Origin: the human T2T-CHM13v2.0 reference genome, Homo sapiens
Strand: one strand, 5' to 3'
Assembly (NCBI RefSeq): GCF_009914755.1
Contig: NC_060942.1
DNA length: 64,000 nt
This document shows, one piece after another, positions 29,046-44,146 of this stretch (its first letter is position 1; each line of letters begins with the position of its first letter). The notes under the pieces were generated by a model. It was given only the letters and a program-made list of their open reading frames with translations, made no database searches and was not told the DNA's origin. The translations under genes and the position numbers were made by a program.

Positions 29046-30331
29046 GTGAGTTTCCTTGGTTCTTGCTGATGAGGCTAACTGCATTCAATTCCAAGGCCAG
29101 TTAGCTTGGGTCTGTTCTAAGGATGCTGTCAACATTCTTATCCTGTGCGAACACTTTGAACCTTGTGGGTTGTTGGTCACGAATGGTGACAACCATTCTT
29201 TATACCGCTTCATGTCGCAGGGGAAAATGTGTGTGTCTTGGACTCCAAGGGCGGCAGCATCCCCCCCACCCAAAGAAAGCAGCCCATTTGTTTTGATGAA
29301 TGCTCTTCAGGACTTCCAGGAAAGTGTTCTGCTGGAGGAGTAATGGGAATGGTGGCACTGCGAACATTGACACAGGTCTCATGCCAGGGTGGTTTTTAAG
29401 GAGCTTACTCACTCTTTCAGATAGGTTATTGCAGATTTGTCTGTTGTGAAACCTTTCTACATATTCCTTCTATTTATCCTGAAGATTTATCCACCCAAGA
29501 GGCACGCCCCTCCACAATTCTGTGCCTTTTTAGTGATTCAAATATCAGCCTTGGTAAGCGATTTAGTTTGAAATCACCATTCCCCAGAACCTTTAGGGGA
29601 TCTCAAGGTAGGATGAGCCAATGAGTGATAGAACTGATTAGGTAAAAACTGGACTGCCATGGCTCATTACACGCAAGGAAATGATTCGATATAGGGTGGG
29701 AGGCTGGCAGGGTGGGGTCCTGCTGAATCCTAGAAGGCTCCTATCGCTTTCAGCAATCAACTTTTCTCATTTGTTTGTGTCTAATCTCAGGATGTGTTCT
29801 GGTCTCTGGCTTCTTCATAACCATTGGTCTAAATTCCTTAAAATACAATCTTTTCTCTTCCTTTGGTGTTCAAAAGTGTGAAGCAGATAACTCTAAAGGA
29901 ATTCAAGTCGCCACCATAAATCTTGAGTGATTTTAGAAAGATATATAATACTCCTAAATGATGACATATTTCCAGAAGATCAGTAAAACGTTTCTGAGTG
30001 ATAAATGGTTGGACAGTTGTGTCTCTGCAGCGAACCTAAGGGGCAACATCAAGCAAACACAGTATTTTATGAGTAATATTGGTCATATCTTTTGTTTTTA
30101 ATCTGCCAAAAATGCAACTAAAGAGGCTGGCCACACAGAAAATTGGTCTACTTTATACCACGTCTGGCTGGGAAAAGCTCTGGGATTTTTGATTTGCCAT
30201 CAGAACAAAAGGTTGGTGTGGGACCAGGGTGGGAGGTGTGGTGAGGGAGGGATGGAGGGTTGCAGCGGGGAGTTCAGTGTCTGGAGAGTAGATGACAGCC
30301 TTGGTTCCAGCATTTAAAAGCAATTACAGAG

Positions 30332-30332
<1 letters not shown>

Positions 30333-30373
<41 letters not shown>
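30333..30373. repeat. (TG)20 microsatellite
   Basis: Perfect dinucleotide tract. Confidence 0.98.
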
Positions 30374-30377
<4 letters not shown>

Positions 30378-32919
30378 TTATTCACAAAGTCTGTGCTGTA
30401 CATTAACTAAATTTGTAGTTTTAATCACTGATAGGAAAAACAAAACGTACACACACAGAGCCATGAAATACCCAAAGCGGCAGGTCATTTTCTGTCAATC
30501 CCCAGAGACCTTCGTCTGTGAGTGCTGGTGTGGGGAGGAGGCGGCAGGAGACTGCTGCAGCTGTTAACAAAAGTCAGCAACGATGGAAACACCATTCTGA
30601 TAGGTGAGCTGGGAAATGCAATTATAGCTAGTTAGAATTATGCATTTATTTGGCTTCCTGGGCAAAGTATCGCAATGCTAGGATAGGAGGATGGAACTGA
30701 GAAGGAAGGAAGGTTTTCTCCCTCCACTGGGATCAAATGGGACGCGCGTGGCTCACTCTCAGCCGGAGGGGAGGCTGCACCAGTGCATAGCGCATCTGGC
30801 AGAGCTACTGTGAGGCATGTGATGCTACTTTCAGCCTTATGTGGACCTTTGGTAACAGCATTCTGAAAACGAGGAGCATTGTAGCTGACTTACACGCTGT
30901 TGAAAGGTCCTGAGGAGTTGCAGAAGCCTCCAGAATTAAGAATTGTGTCTGTAAAACCACATTTGTGTGGAATGTTCCTACATTTCCTTGCAGTGAGTTA
31001 TCTGCTTTTGCAATTTGGTCACCAGCTCTCCCACTGCCACGATGGCCTCTGCACAAACAAGCCTCACCCTATGAAAAAGTGATCAAAAATAAACCCACAG
31101 GGAAGTTGTTGGAAGTAGAACCATATTATACCAAAAATGGAAAAATGATTTTCCTTGAAAACCACATAGGAAAAGCTTCATAAATCATAAAGGACTAGCA
31201 ATACACCTCCTGGATTTAAATATCAGTGCAATTACATTTTGTTATATGCAACTTTGCTACTCAGTTATTATTTTACACACTCCAACAGAATAATTTCCCG
31301 TGGAGAAAACTGAGTCATTGAAATGTTCTGCTTTCCCAGAGTGCCAAGGAACACATCCGTGCATGTTTTCAGACATATTCCACAGGAGCCAGTTGGGGGA
31401 GCTTCATGTTGGACCCAGCAGCAGGGCAAGCAATGTGTGGCATGTGTCTTGGTGCACGCAGTGGGTGGGGATGGGCCCAGGAGGCCGGCAAGGACGAGTT
31501 CTTGAGGATACACATTTAAAATGTCTCAGGAGTCCTAATTTAATATTGTTCAGTAACAAATGACCTATTAAGATCTTCCCTGTGAATTTGGAATAACCAA
31601 CCACCAGGATTTTTCCGCCACTTCACTCCCATGACTGGTCTCCCACATTTTCCAGTGCCAACTTCAAGTCATCATCTGGCCACTTCAAGACCCAGAGACC
31701 AGCAGAGTTCTGGTCATGCGGGTTCTGTTTTGAACTAGCTCCTACTTTCCCAAAGTTAATTTACTTTAATGAGATATTAATAATAATCGAACAGGCACTG
31801 TCCCTTTCATGGGAATCAAGGTAACTGGTTTCAAGGTGGAGCTTTTTCTCCAGTGTCCAGTTTCAAGGAATCTACGTCCAGCATGGCGAAGTTTGCTGGA
31901 TTTATTAAGGAGAATTGTCCTATGCCTGCTTGGGCTGGCTGAGCTGTTATATTGTCTGTTTGAGGTCAAGGGCTGATTTGCCATCTAATGTGAATTATGC
32001 ATTTGCTCTCGATTTCAAAGGTGTAGGAAGAAGGAAGGTCATCCTACATTCCATATCCTACCATTCAGTGAACTGCAGGAATAGCTCTTACTGTGGAAAT
32101 CAATAATTGTAGAATTAAACGTGGTTCCCAGGAAAACTAAACCCCACATGCATCAAAGGTTCCGAGAAGTTTTCCTGCAATTTAGTCCAACAGCATACAG
32201 GTTTTCTGAATCTCCATTCAGCTGTTTTGAAATGCTGGCTTTAAAGGTCCCCTGAGTCCTATATCGCACCCGTGATTATAAAAATATTTAAAGCCACCGA
32301 AAGAATATATAGCTGTTCAGACACATGTGCTGATTTATTGTATACCATGGTTTGATACAAACTGGAAGGCAAGCTTTCAGGCTGACAAGAGCATCAGAGT
32401 AGCAGGATTCAATCCATATATTACGGTACCAGCCCCAGAACAGGAGCAGCCTAGAGCAAGCCTGTAATATAGGGTTTCTGAAACCTCCTCCATATAACCA
32501 GGAGACAACATAAAAAGTTACACGACTATTTATGTGACATGGAGTCGTATTAGTAGTGACGTGCCCACATAAATAGCACTGTGAATTTTTGGAATATGGA
32601 AATTAAAGAAAAATATTTCAAACCTAAGCTGTGTATTATGAAAAATAACAAATCTTCCCAAATGCCATAAAAAAATAGAGGTGGAAGGAAAGACAAAGGG
32701 CTAGAAGTCTATGAGTATTCTTTCTTGATAAAAATTTAATTTTCTAAAAAATCTCATAATTGTACAAATAGTAAATAAACATTTATGAAAGGAAGATATC
32801 TGGGTTTCTTTTTGTTTTTTATGAATGTCACCCACAATTTTTGTGGTCTTATTGAAATGTTAAACTACAAAGTCTGCATGCTTATTTCTTAAAGCATTTC
32901 CCCACTGCTTTCCTGTGTG

Positions 32920-33360
32920 GAATCTCGGTCTGTAAAGCCCTCCATGTTCCTGTAGTGTCTGTTTCTTCAGCTCACCTCATGCCCCTCTGCCTTTGCTCCC
33001 AGTTCTTTGGGAGGCTAAAGTGGGCAGATTGCTAGAGCCCAGGAGTTTGAGACCAGCCTGGGCAACATAATGAAACCTTGTCTTTACAAAATATATAAAA
33101 GTTAGCCAGGCATGGTGGCAGGCACTTGTAGTCCCAGACACTCTGGAGGCTGAGGTGGGAGGATCGCTTGAGCCCAGGGAGGTCGAGGCTGCATGTCTAG
33201 CCTGGGATTTTTTCTGCTGAAACTTGTCAAGCCTGTTGCAGCTGTGGTCTTTGTGCTTCCTGTCTCTGTCTGGATGTTCTGACCTCAGATTTCCTCATGT
33301 CTTTCTTCTTTTGTCCTCCAAGCAGCCTCCCCACCCTAGTGCAGTACCCCAGCCCTTTCC
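32920..33360 (+). mobile_element. L2 fragment hosting a tailless Alu
   Basis: 'tgtaaagccctccatgttcctg...ctttgctcccag' resumes after the Alu as 'ggtctttgtgcttcctgtctctgtctggatgttctgacctcagat'. Confidence 0.55.
32997..33206 (+). mobile_element. AluJ fragment truncated at both ends, no poly-A tail
   Basis: Begins at 'tcccag..ctttgggagg' and ends at 'agcctggg'; J-type 'gagcccaggagtttgag' and 'gaggtcgaggctgca'. Confidence 0.9.
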
Positions 33361-34078
33361 TATTTCACCTCTGGACTTTCCTCATATTAAGAGGTAACCA
33401 GCAGCTTCCTTCTCCCACATGAACCCGATATAATGCCAGTTGCCTTTTGCAAATGAGTTTCCTCTCAATAGGAAGATGCTGAAGTACACAAGGACAGAGA
33501 GAAGGAATGGAGAATTCCTATGGTATTTGAATTACTGTAACAATAACCCAAAGAACAGTGCCAGATACATAGAAAATATATGGTCCATTCATGGATTATG
33601 AGTTAATAAATGAATGACATTATACAGTAAATGAATAAACACGTCTACTGCTAGGGAATACAAGGCTGTATTATGACGAGTCCCTAGAAGCTTATTCTAA
33701 TAATAAGTTTAATAAAAATCAATCATAAATAGCTACAATCAAATATGTAGAGGAGAAAATAATTATTTCATAAACAATATAACTGTATATACGAATGTTC
33801 CTGTCATTGTATGTGAAACCTTCAGAAAGCTTGAATTTGTTGACAGTGATCAGAAATTGATGTTAAATATATTTATGGGAAGTGTTCAAGTGTAGCAGTT
33901 TAATTACTGACACATTATACAGAGTTGGATATTTTCATCAGTAGTATGGTACCTGCTTGGGCAGGAGTGAGAGCAGTATGAAATGAATCCATTGTTAACT
34001 ACTTATGAATTGGTACACTTAAATATTTCAATGTCTGGCTACTTTATATAAAGCCTGAGAAGTGATTTTAAAAGATTA

Positions 34079-34410
<332 letters not shown>

Positions 34411-34449
34411 CAAGTTTCTATTTCAAAAACCCGTCAGCAGATTGTTTTT

Positions 34450-35010
34450 GGAGATGAGGTTATAAATTGTCCAAGTATATTTAAACCAGTTTATGCCAGT
34501 TATCCTTTTTACTATAATTAGGTTATATAATAAAATACCATATGAATCAAATAAATTTATTGTTTTTATGAAAAGTAAGTTGAATTCTTTGAAAAGACTT
34601 AATAAAGTTAAGTTGATAAATTGCTGATGACTTAATTATGAACAAGAAAGCAGTAACGTTTGGGGCAAAAGCCTGAAAAATCTAGGATTCTGCACTTAAA
34701 TTGCTTCCCAATTCCTTTCCTCCTCTTTCTGCTTTAAAAGAATATATAGAAGAAAACACAGTCGATGAACTAGGGATGTGGTTTATGCAAAAAAAAAAAA
34801 AAAAAAAAAGGAAATCATTGACAGATCCAGCCTCAAAAAGGAAGCGTTCGTCTTCATTGGTTAAAGAGTATGAGTATATATTCATAAGTTTTGATTAAAC
34901 TTCTAAGCTTTAAAGATGTTTAGGTTACGTAGTATTGTAATAGTTTTCCTCTTTACCCAACTTTCTCTAATGCCCTCATTGTATCTGATAACAAGATTTT
35001 GACTGTGTTT
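34450..35010 (+). mobile_element. TcMar-Tigger fossil (Tigger13a-like), decayed transposase N-terminus
   Basis: 'tgaaaagtaagttgaattctttgaaaagacttaataaag', 'aaaaatctaggattctgcacttaaattgcttcc', 'gatgtggtttatgcaa'; poly-A expansion at ~34788-34808. Confidence 0.6.
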
Positions 35011-35259
35011 TGATAGAGGAACAGACTTGATTAAAAAAAAAAATTTGAGCATGTCTTTTGAGTAAAAGTATTCTGTTAACTAGAGCAAAAAAAAAGCCAG
35101 ATTATTTATGTTTTATGCCATTTAGTTATTAAGGCTAATCATTTAAGTTGGCTTGCTTTGACAAGGCCTCCAATGGCAAAGAATAAAATATAATGAATTG
35201 GAACAAGTTTTTCGGGTTATTTTGGAAAAAAAAACACTCAAATTGAGGTATAATTTCCT

Positions 35260-35560
35260 AATTAGCATGACTGGATACTAAGTGCTGAGGACAATATCTT
35301 CAAAATTGTGAGGAAAGAAAATTTGAACTTAAAATATCATACAAGTAAAAGCAGTAATTAAGAATGAGAGTAAAAAACACTTTCCAATTATAAAAGACTC
35401 AAAAAGTTTACTTTGTCTTTAAAAATTACTCCAATAATATTCCCCCAAAAATTGAAAGTGGAGGGGAGAGAGGACAGGTGGAAGCTAGGTGAATACATTG
35501 AATTCCTCATCTTTCATTACAGGAGTAACTTGATAAACTCTAAAATGGACAAATCAGCAT
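35260..35560 (+). mobile_element. L1ME-type ORF1 fragment
   Basis: 'aatatcttcaaaattgtgaggaaagaaaatttgaacttaaaatatcatac...aagactcaaaaagtttac'. Confidence 0.5.
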
Positions 35561-36595
35561 TTTATACCCTCTTGTATTATTAGGTACTGCAACCACACCT
35601 ATGCATTATTGCTATAATGAAATTTAATATGATAAGGAACACGTTTTAAAGTACAGCAATATCTTAAAGTTATATGGTGATCTATGGTTTAGAAAGAAAT
35701 TATACCTACATTATAAAATTTATTTCCAGCTTTTTCTAACCCATCATTCCAAAAGCTGAATAAAGCAGAAAAGAGAATAAGATTGCTCACAAAAGAACTG
35801 AAAACTGTAGAATCTGATTTTAAGATGTTTCCTTTTGTAAATGTTAATATTGGAAAGTGTATCTAATAAGATGCTTTTAACAGTTCTTCAAATTTATCTT
35901 TCAGCTTACTAACAATTTTAAAGCCAACTTTAAGAAAAAATTCACAAAATTATGAAAGTTTAGGCACCAAATGTGAATCTTTATTTAGAAAGAATAGAAA
36001 TCACAAAAATTACAACTTTATAAGATTTGTGAGACTTGAGGATTATAATTTTGAGTCTCATTTTAAGGCAAAGGAAATACATTTATGGATACAAAATTAA
36101 GTAAAAGACCTAGAAAGGGACTCATGAAAATGAAAATGATGGCCTCAAAACTTACGCTTCACGAACTTCATGGTTCATGGACCTTGCTCTCATATCCAGG
36201 TCATAATTATGGGTGCTGGGCCTGCATCAACAGAGGCAAGTAATGTATCCCTAAAAGCCATTGGACATTGAGAGAGTTAGTAGTAACTTACACTTGGAAG
36301 TGACTGTGAACTACATAAATATATTCCATTAATCCTAAACTAAATGGACCCTCAATTCAAATTCCCTGTGGTCAGATTTCCAAAATGCCTATGACCACTC
36401 AATCACCTGATAAGCTTGCCATCTGATATGAGGAGAATGTGTCAGAGTTCAATATACTTAATGTTTATTCACCATTCCCCAACCCAATAATTCATGTGTT
36501 GAAATCCTAACAGCCAAGGTGGTGTTTTAGGAGGTGGAGCCTTTGGGACGTGCTTAGATCATGAAGGTGGGGCCCTCATGAATGGGATTAGTGCC

Positions 36596-37049
36596 TATGT
36601 TAGGATTCTCCAGAGAAACAGAGCCAATAGGATATATATAGGATCTATATCTATGTAGAAAGATGAGAGCAGGTTTATTAGGGCAATTGTCTCATGTGAT
36701 TATGGAGCTTGAGAAGTCCCATGATAGGCTGTCTACACACTCGAGAGTCAGGGAAGCCTATGGTCTGGCTCAGTCCAAGTACTGAAGCCTGAAAACTGGG
36801 GGAGCAGACGGTGTAACTCTCAGTCTGCAACTAAAGTCCTGAGAACCTGGGGGCTGCTGGTGTAATTTCCAGAGTCCAAAGACCAGAAAACCTGGAGTTC
36901 TGATGTTTAAGGGTGGAAGAAGAAGGGTATCTTAGCTCCAAAAGAGATAGACAGAATTTGCCTTCGTAGACATACCTGGAAATAATGCTTTACCAGTGAT
37001 CCAGGTATTCCTTAATCTAGTCAAGTTGACACCTAAAATTAACCTTACA
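36596..37049 (-). mobile_element. MLT2B (ERVL) solo LTR
   Basis: 'ttaggattctccagagaaacagagccaatagga...gagaagtcccatgataggctgtct...caagttgacacctaaaattaacc'; 5-bp TSD gtgcc/gtacc. Confidence 0.88.
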
Positions 37050-37204
37050 GGTACCCTTATAAAAGATATCCCAGAGAGATATTTCCACCCTTTCACCATT
37101 TGAGGTAAGAAGATAGCTACCTGTGAGGAAGCAAGCCCTCAGTAGACACCAAATCTGCTAGAGCCTTGATCTTGGACTTTGCAGCCTCCAGAACTGAGAA
37201 ATAA

Positions 37205-37205
<1 letters not shown>

Positions 37206-37258
<53 letters not shown>
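37206..37258. repeat. (TG)n microsatellite inside the MLT1A LTR
   Basis: Perfect TG tract. Confidence 0.97.
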
Positions 37259-37260
<2 letters not shown>

Positions 37261-39210
37261 TTAATGGCATTTTTGTTATAGGAACTAAGATGGACTAAGA
37301 CAGAGATAAAATAAAAATCGAAAGAAAAAACAGTCTTAACTGACTGTACTTGGAACAAATCTGTTTTTGGTTATTGTTGCAAGTTTTGCAAATGTGACCT
37401 TCGGTGCACATGTGTAGGGCTCCTTCCAAGTCTTAGAAAGATTTGTGCAAGTGAGGCACCCAGAAACTTGTGTCATTAATTTAACAATAAATCTGCTTTC
37501 ATTTACAAATTATTTTAAGGGTCTATTTTTATTGTCTATTTTTTCTTGGTTCTGTTTCTAGTATGTCTACTAAATTTTGATTGAATGTTAGACATTACGT
37601 AAAAAAAATTATCAAGGCTGTGGATAATGTCATTTTCCTTCAGAGAGCATTCACTCTGTCCTTTTTGGCGGGTAGAGAGTTGGGGAAGTTTATCTTAATC
37701 TAATCAGGAACTGAATCAACTGGTGGCAGAAATACCTCCAGAGATAGGAATGGAAATCTTGGGATTTTTACTAGGGATGTTACTTCCTGGCAGGCTCTGA
37801 ATTTCAATTGCTATCTTCTCAGAATCATGAAACTGCTCCACATCCCCCTTTTCCATTCAGCATTTTTCTGCTTAGCTTCTTAGATCTTTGCCTTATGAAG
37901 TTTAAGAATTCAGCAAATGATTAGAAATGGAGAGAAAGTTGCTTGTCTCTAGATGTATATTTTTGCATAGTTTTGACTCTTAGAACCATAGTAATGTTTT
38001 ACATATTCCCCAAATAAATGAGTAAGTGAACATATAAAATTAATCGGAATATAGGGGGAACTCAAAATAGAATACAAATAGTAACATATGAACCCAACTG
38101 TACTGTAAATGAGTAAGTAAACAACACTGAAATTAATGGTGAAGAAAATAACTAACACTAATAACTTTGGAAATTACTATTTTTCCTTTATTATATAAAG
38201 CTAAAGATAAAAAACTTTACAAAAATACCATTGTTAGTAAATCTTTTTTTCCCCCACAGGGTATAGGTTAGAAATTCTGTAACTACTTTATGTGCATATT
38301 AGGTTTGAACAAATAAGTATATATATTGTAGATGGTGAGAACCAGGCTTATCACAGTGAGGGGAAATAGATACAATAAAGAAATGGGGAAGACTAAAATA
38401 AAATGTGTGGTTTTTGATTATGAACTTATGATTTTAAATATTTATACAGGTAGATAAAATGTAGATATATATATATTACATCTACGTATATGTGTACATA
38501 TATAATATGTATACATATATTTCATAGCTCTGTCTGCTAAGAGGAGAAGAAATTACAACTCAATAGCACTGAGCACACAGAGTCTAGATCTTGCTTTCTA
38601 AACACCATTTCCAATAAAAAGTACCATGGCTTCTTGGAAAAGTGATTGATTTCAGAAGTGAAGCAGAGACATCATGTGAGCCTGGAACACCTTACAGAAC
38701 AAGAAAATAAGGAAGAGCTTGAAAAATGGTGGAAACAAAAGGGGCACAGAACTCATCTGACAAAGCTCTCAATGGCTAACACTGGAATAATCTGAGCAAC
38801 AAAATAATAAAAAATGACATATTAAATTACAATCCACAAAATAAAATAAATATTAATGAGTCTATGCTGAATAAAAATGAACAAATTAATAAGTTGGAGA
38901 GAAGTGACAACTCTTCCTTATAGAAGAATTAAAATTAATATAGGTAGAAGAAATTAGGGAAATAAAAAGTACCCTTAGGCAAACCTCAAAGTAATAATTA
39001 ATGCAGGGAATAACCATTGATGGATACTGAACACTTGGGCAAAAGTTGGAAGAGAAACAGAATATTTGCATATACTCAAAGATTCTTTCCCAAGATATTT
39101 ATCAACTACCAAGAGATAAATTATAATTTTGCAGTGGAGAAATATGGTAGACAACACTTTAACCAAGTGATCAAATCAACACTACCAGTAATAAGAGATA
39201 TTGACACTAG

Positions 39211-39614
<404 letters not shown>

Positions 39615-39914
39615 TCATAAGCAAACTTTAGATGAATAAAATCAGGAGAGATTCAACAAATTAACTGACTGGGTCTCATCAAATAACTCAAGGTCATGAA
39701 AGATGAGGAAAGACTGAGGAACCATCACAGAGTGGCGCTGTTTAGGGAGTCACAACTCAGTGCAGTGTGAATTCCTGGGTGGGTCCAGGAGCAGAAAATG
39801 GACATGAGGGGAAATTTGTATAAGGTCAGCATTTTAGTTAATTATATTATACCAATGCTAATGTCCTGGTTTTAATAAGTGCACTATGTTCATACAAGTT
39901 GTTAATGTTAGGGC

Positions 39915-40040
39915 AAAGGTGTTCAACCAAGAGTGATTTTGCCTTCCAGGGTACATTTGGCAATGAGTGCAGACATTCTGATCTTCATGACTCGGGAGGG
40001 TGCTACTAACATCTAGGAAATAGAAGCCAGAGATGCTGCT
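39915..40040. mobile_element. MER20 (hAT-Charlie) fragment
   Basis: 'gtgattttgccttccagggtacatttggcaatgagtgcagacatt...gtgctactaacatctag...agaagccagagatgctgct'. Confidence 0.75.
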
Positions 40041-40554
40041 GGGGGAAGCTAAGTGAAGGGTATATGTGAACTATCTGCACTATTTTTGAAACTTTTTGTG
40101 AGTCTAAATTATTTCAAAATTAAAAGTTAATATATAAAAATAGAGTTCAGCAAATGCCTTGAGTGGGAATCCTCTGCATTTTGAGCCTTTTTCTGAGCTT
40201 TTATTATTTCAATATCTTGACCTTTTAAGATCCACTTGTGTTAGACGTTCCAAAGTCAAGTTTTTCTCTCCAGCATTGTGAAGTGACAACCAAATTCTCA
40301 GCTGAATTATACAAATCTCAGCTGCAGCCTTCTGCTTGGATTCTCAGCCTCTTGCTTGGCATCAAGAATTGGCAAATGCAGCCTTCACTTCTTTCACTGA
40401 GTTTCTCTTCTCCCCAAGGTCATGGCCCCTCGAGTCCTGGCAAGTCCAACAAGCATTTTTTAAAAATTAATCCACATTTCCTATTTGTGTGCAGTGAGAC
40501 CACTGATCTTCCACAAACTATGCAATCACGGCTGAAAGTAGAGTCTTGTTGCCA

Positions 40555-42170
<1,616 letters not shown>

Positions 42171-42179
42171 TGCTTGATT

Positions 42180-43330
42180 TTTTAAGTAGGATTTTCACTT
42201 CCATTTTATTTTCTAATTTGTTGTCCTGGCATAAAGCAGACACCTACTGATATATTATTTTAAGTTGTATTTAATCACTTTACTAAACCATCTTAACTTG
42301 ATTTTTTTATATAGTAAAAATAATCTCCAACTAATGATAATTTCATATATTCCTTTCCAATAATTGTATTCTGCATATATTGTTATCTTATTTCATTGAT
42401 TTGGAATTCCAGAGTGATACTGGAAAAAAAAAACAGATTAATTTGGTCATTCTATCTTATTCCTGACTTCACTGGAGTATCTTTAGTATTTCATCATTTA
42501 GCATAAAATATTTGCTGTGAGTTTTGGAAGATATTCCCCGGACTGTTTAGGACATTTCTTACGAGCCTAATTTACTATATATTATTAAAAACAGGAAACG
42601 TTATTAAATTATATTTAGTGCTCTTCTTTTTTTGCATCTGATGAAATTCTTGTGTGACTTTTCTCTTTTTAACGCCCAATATAATCATGTTAACAGACAT
42701 CCTAGATATAATTTATTTAGTGTGGAAAAAACTCACTTTTTCAGAGTATTTTCCTTTTTTTACTTTGTCAGATTCAATATGTTAATAGTTAGAACTTCTT
42801 TAACCTATGTTAATAAGTGAGGTAAAACTATACTTTTCAGTTTTTCCTATATTTATCCGGCTTTGTTTTTAGTACTATGTTTGCTTCATACATTTATTTG
42901 GAAGGTTTTCCATATTTTTCATGCTATAAGAGTTTAAATGACAGAAGAAACTATGTATTTTTTTAAGTTGATAAATAATCTGGGCCTGAAGGCTTTTTGT
43001 GATAGATATTTGATACGCTTTTAAATTTCCTCTAAAATGATTGATATAATAGGTTTTTTACTGTCTCCGGCTTTTTGGAGATAAGTTTGGTAAGATGTTT
43101 CCTAAAAATATTTTATTTCATTTGGTTTGTATGTTCAAATGATTGGCATGATGCTATGCATGTTATTTGTCATGAGTCTAAAATTTTTATGGTTACCTGT
43201 TTATTATCCTATTTTCCCATTTTGTTGTTGGTAAAGTATAGTTATATTCTTTCTCTCAGATTAGTTTATTGTCTATTTTATTAGTTATTCCGAGGAACTT
43301 CTGTTTTGCTGTTCATTAATTTCTGGTGCT
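42180..43330 (-). mobile_element. Very old L1ME-type antisense fragments
   Basis: 'cattctatcttattcctgacttcactggag...tttcatcatttagcataa...ttgctgtgagttttgg', 'tctgggcctgaaggctttttg'; AT-rich. Confidence 0.55.
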
Positions 43331-44146
43331 TATTAACTTTTACATCTTCATATTGCTACTCTTTAGCACCTAACACTTGCTCAAAAGAAGTTTGTTGAAT
43401 GAATGAATGAAATCAAAACACAGTTTCCTTGGGGAATATAGGAACTCAAGAAAGCATGTTTTTAAAATGGAGAAAATGGTAGAAGCAGAGAAGCAGAAAA
43501 AGTGATGTGTAAGCAATTCTAAATCTCCAGACATCAACCCCCAACTTATTTTCATATCTAAACTTTTAATAAACATTAAAATCTTTCCTTTTGCAGAGTG
43601 GTGCGCATTTTTACCATATAAGAATCAAATGTTGCATGTATTTCGATGTTTACATTGCTCTTGTTTTGAAAAATACCCAATCAAATCATCATTTATAAGT
43701 AGAGTTACTTGAAAAGCATTCAAACTTTTGGAGAAACTCCCAAGGACCTTGGAATTTGAAAACACAATAAATATTCTGCCGCGGGTAAGGCACATTTGAA
43801 ATGGAATCAAGCATGATAATGCAACGAAGCTGCGAAGGAAGGCCCGTGCTTGTTTCTCTGCCAAGTCAAAACTTCATCGCTCATGATTCAGTGGCCTCAC
43901 ACTTTTCAGCTCCCTTTCAGCCTCTGGAAAAATGGCATTTGCAGCTGTCTCCCTGACCTCAGGGCGAGGAGAGGAAGAAGGACCCGGAACCCTCGCCTGC
44001 CCAGGAACAGGGGGAGGCTGCCACGTTCTGTGCCCTTATTGCTAACTCCCGGCTGCCCACTATGCACCCTGACAAAGCCTCTGCTGGCTCATGTTTCCCG
44101 TTTTTGGAGCTACCAAGAAATCTCCCTTTGCTTTGTCTCCATTTCC

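Larger units (their letters stand above)
36455..37302 (+). mobile_element. MLT1A-type MaLR solo LTR, split by MLT2B
   Basis: 'aattcatgtgttgaaatcctaac...ggccctcatgaatgggattagtgcc' resumes as 'cttataaaaga...gacaccaaatctgc...gcctccagaactg...ggactaagaca'. Confidence 0.85.
35880..37497. mobile_element. hAT-Tip100 DNA transposon pieces (Zaphod/MER115-like), interrupted by LTRs
   Basis: TIR-like ends 'aaacttacgcttcacgaacttcatggt' (~36175) and 'gtgcaagtgaggcacccagaaacttgtgtcattaatttaacaataaatctgc' (~37497); internal 'ggaagtgactgtgaactacataaatatattccattaatcctaaactaaatg'. Confidence 0.55.
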
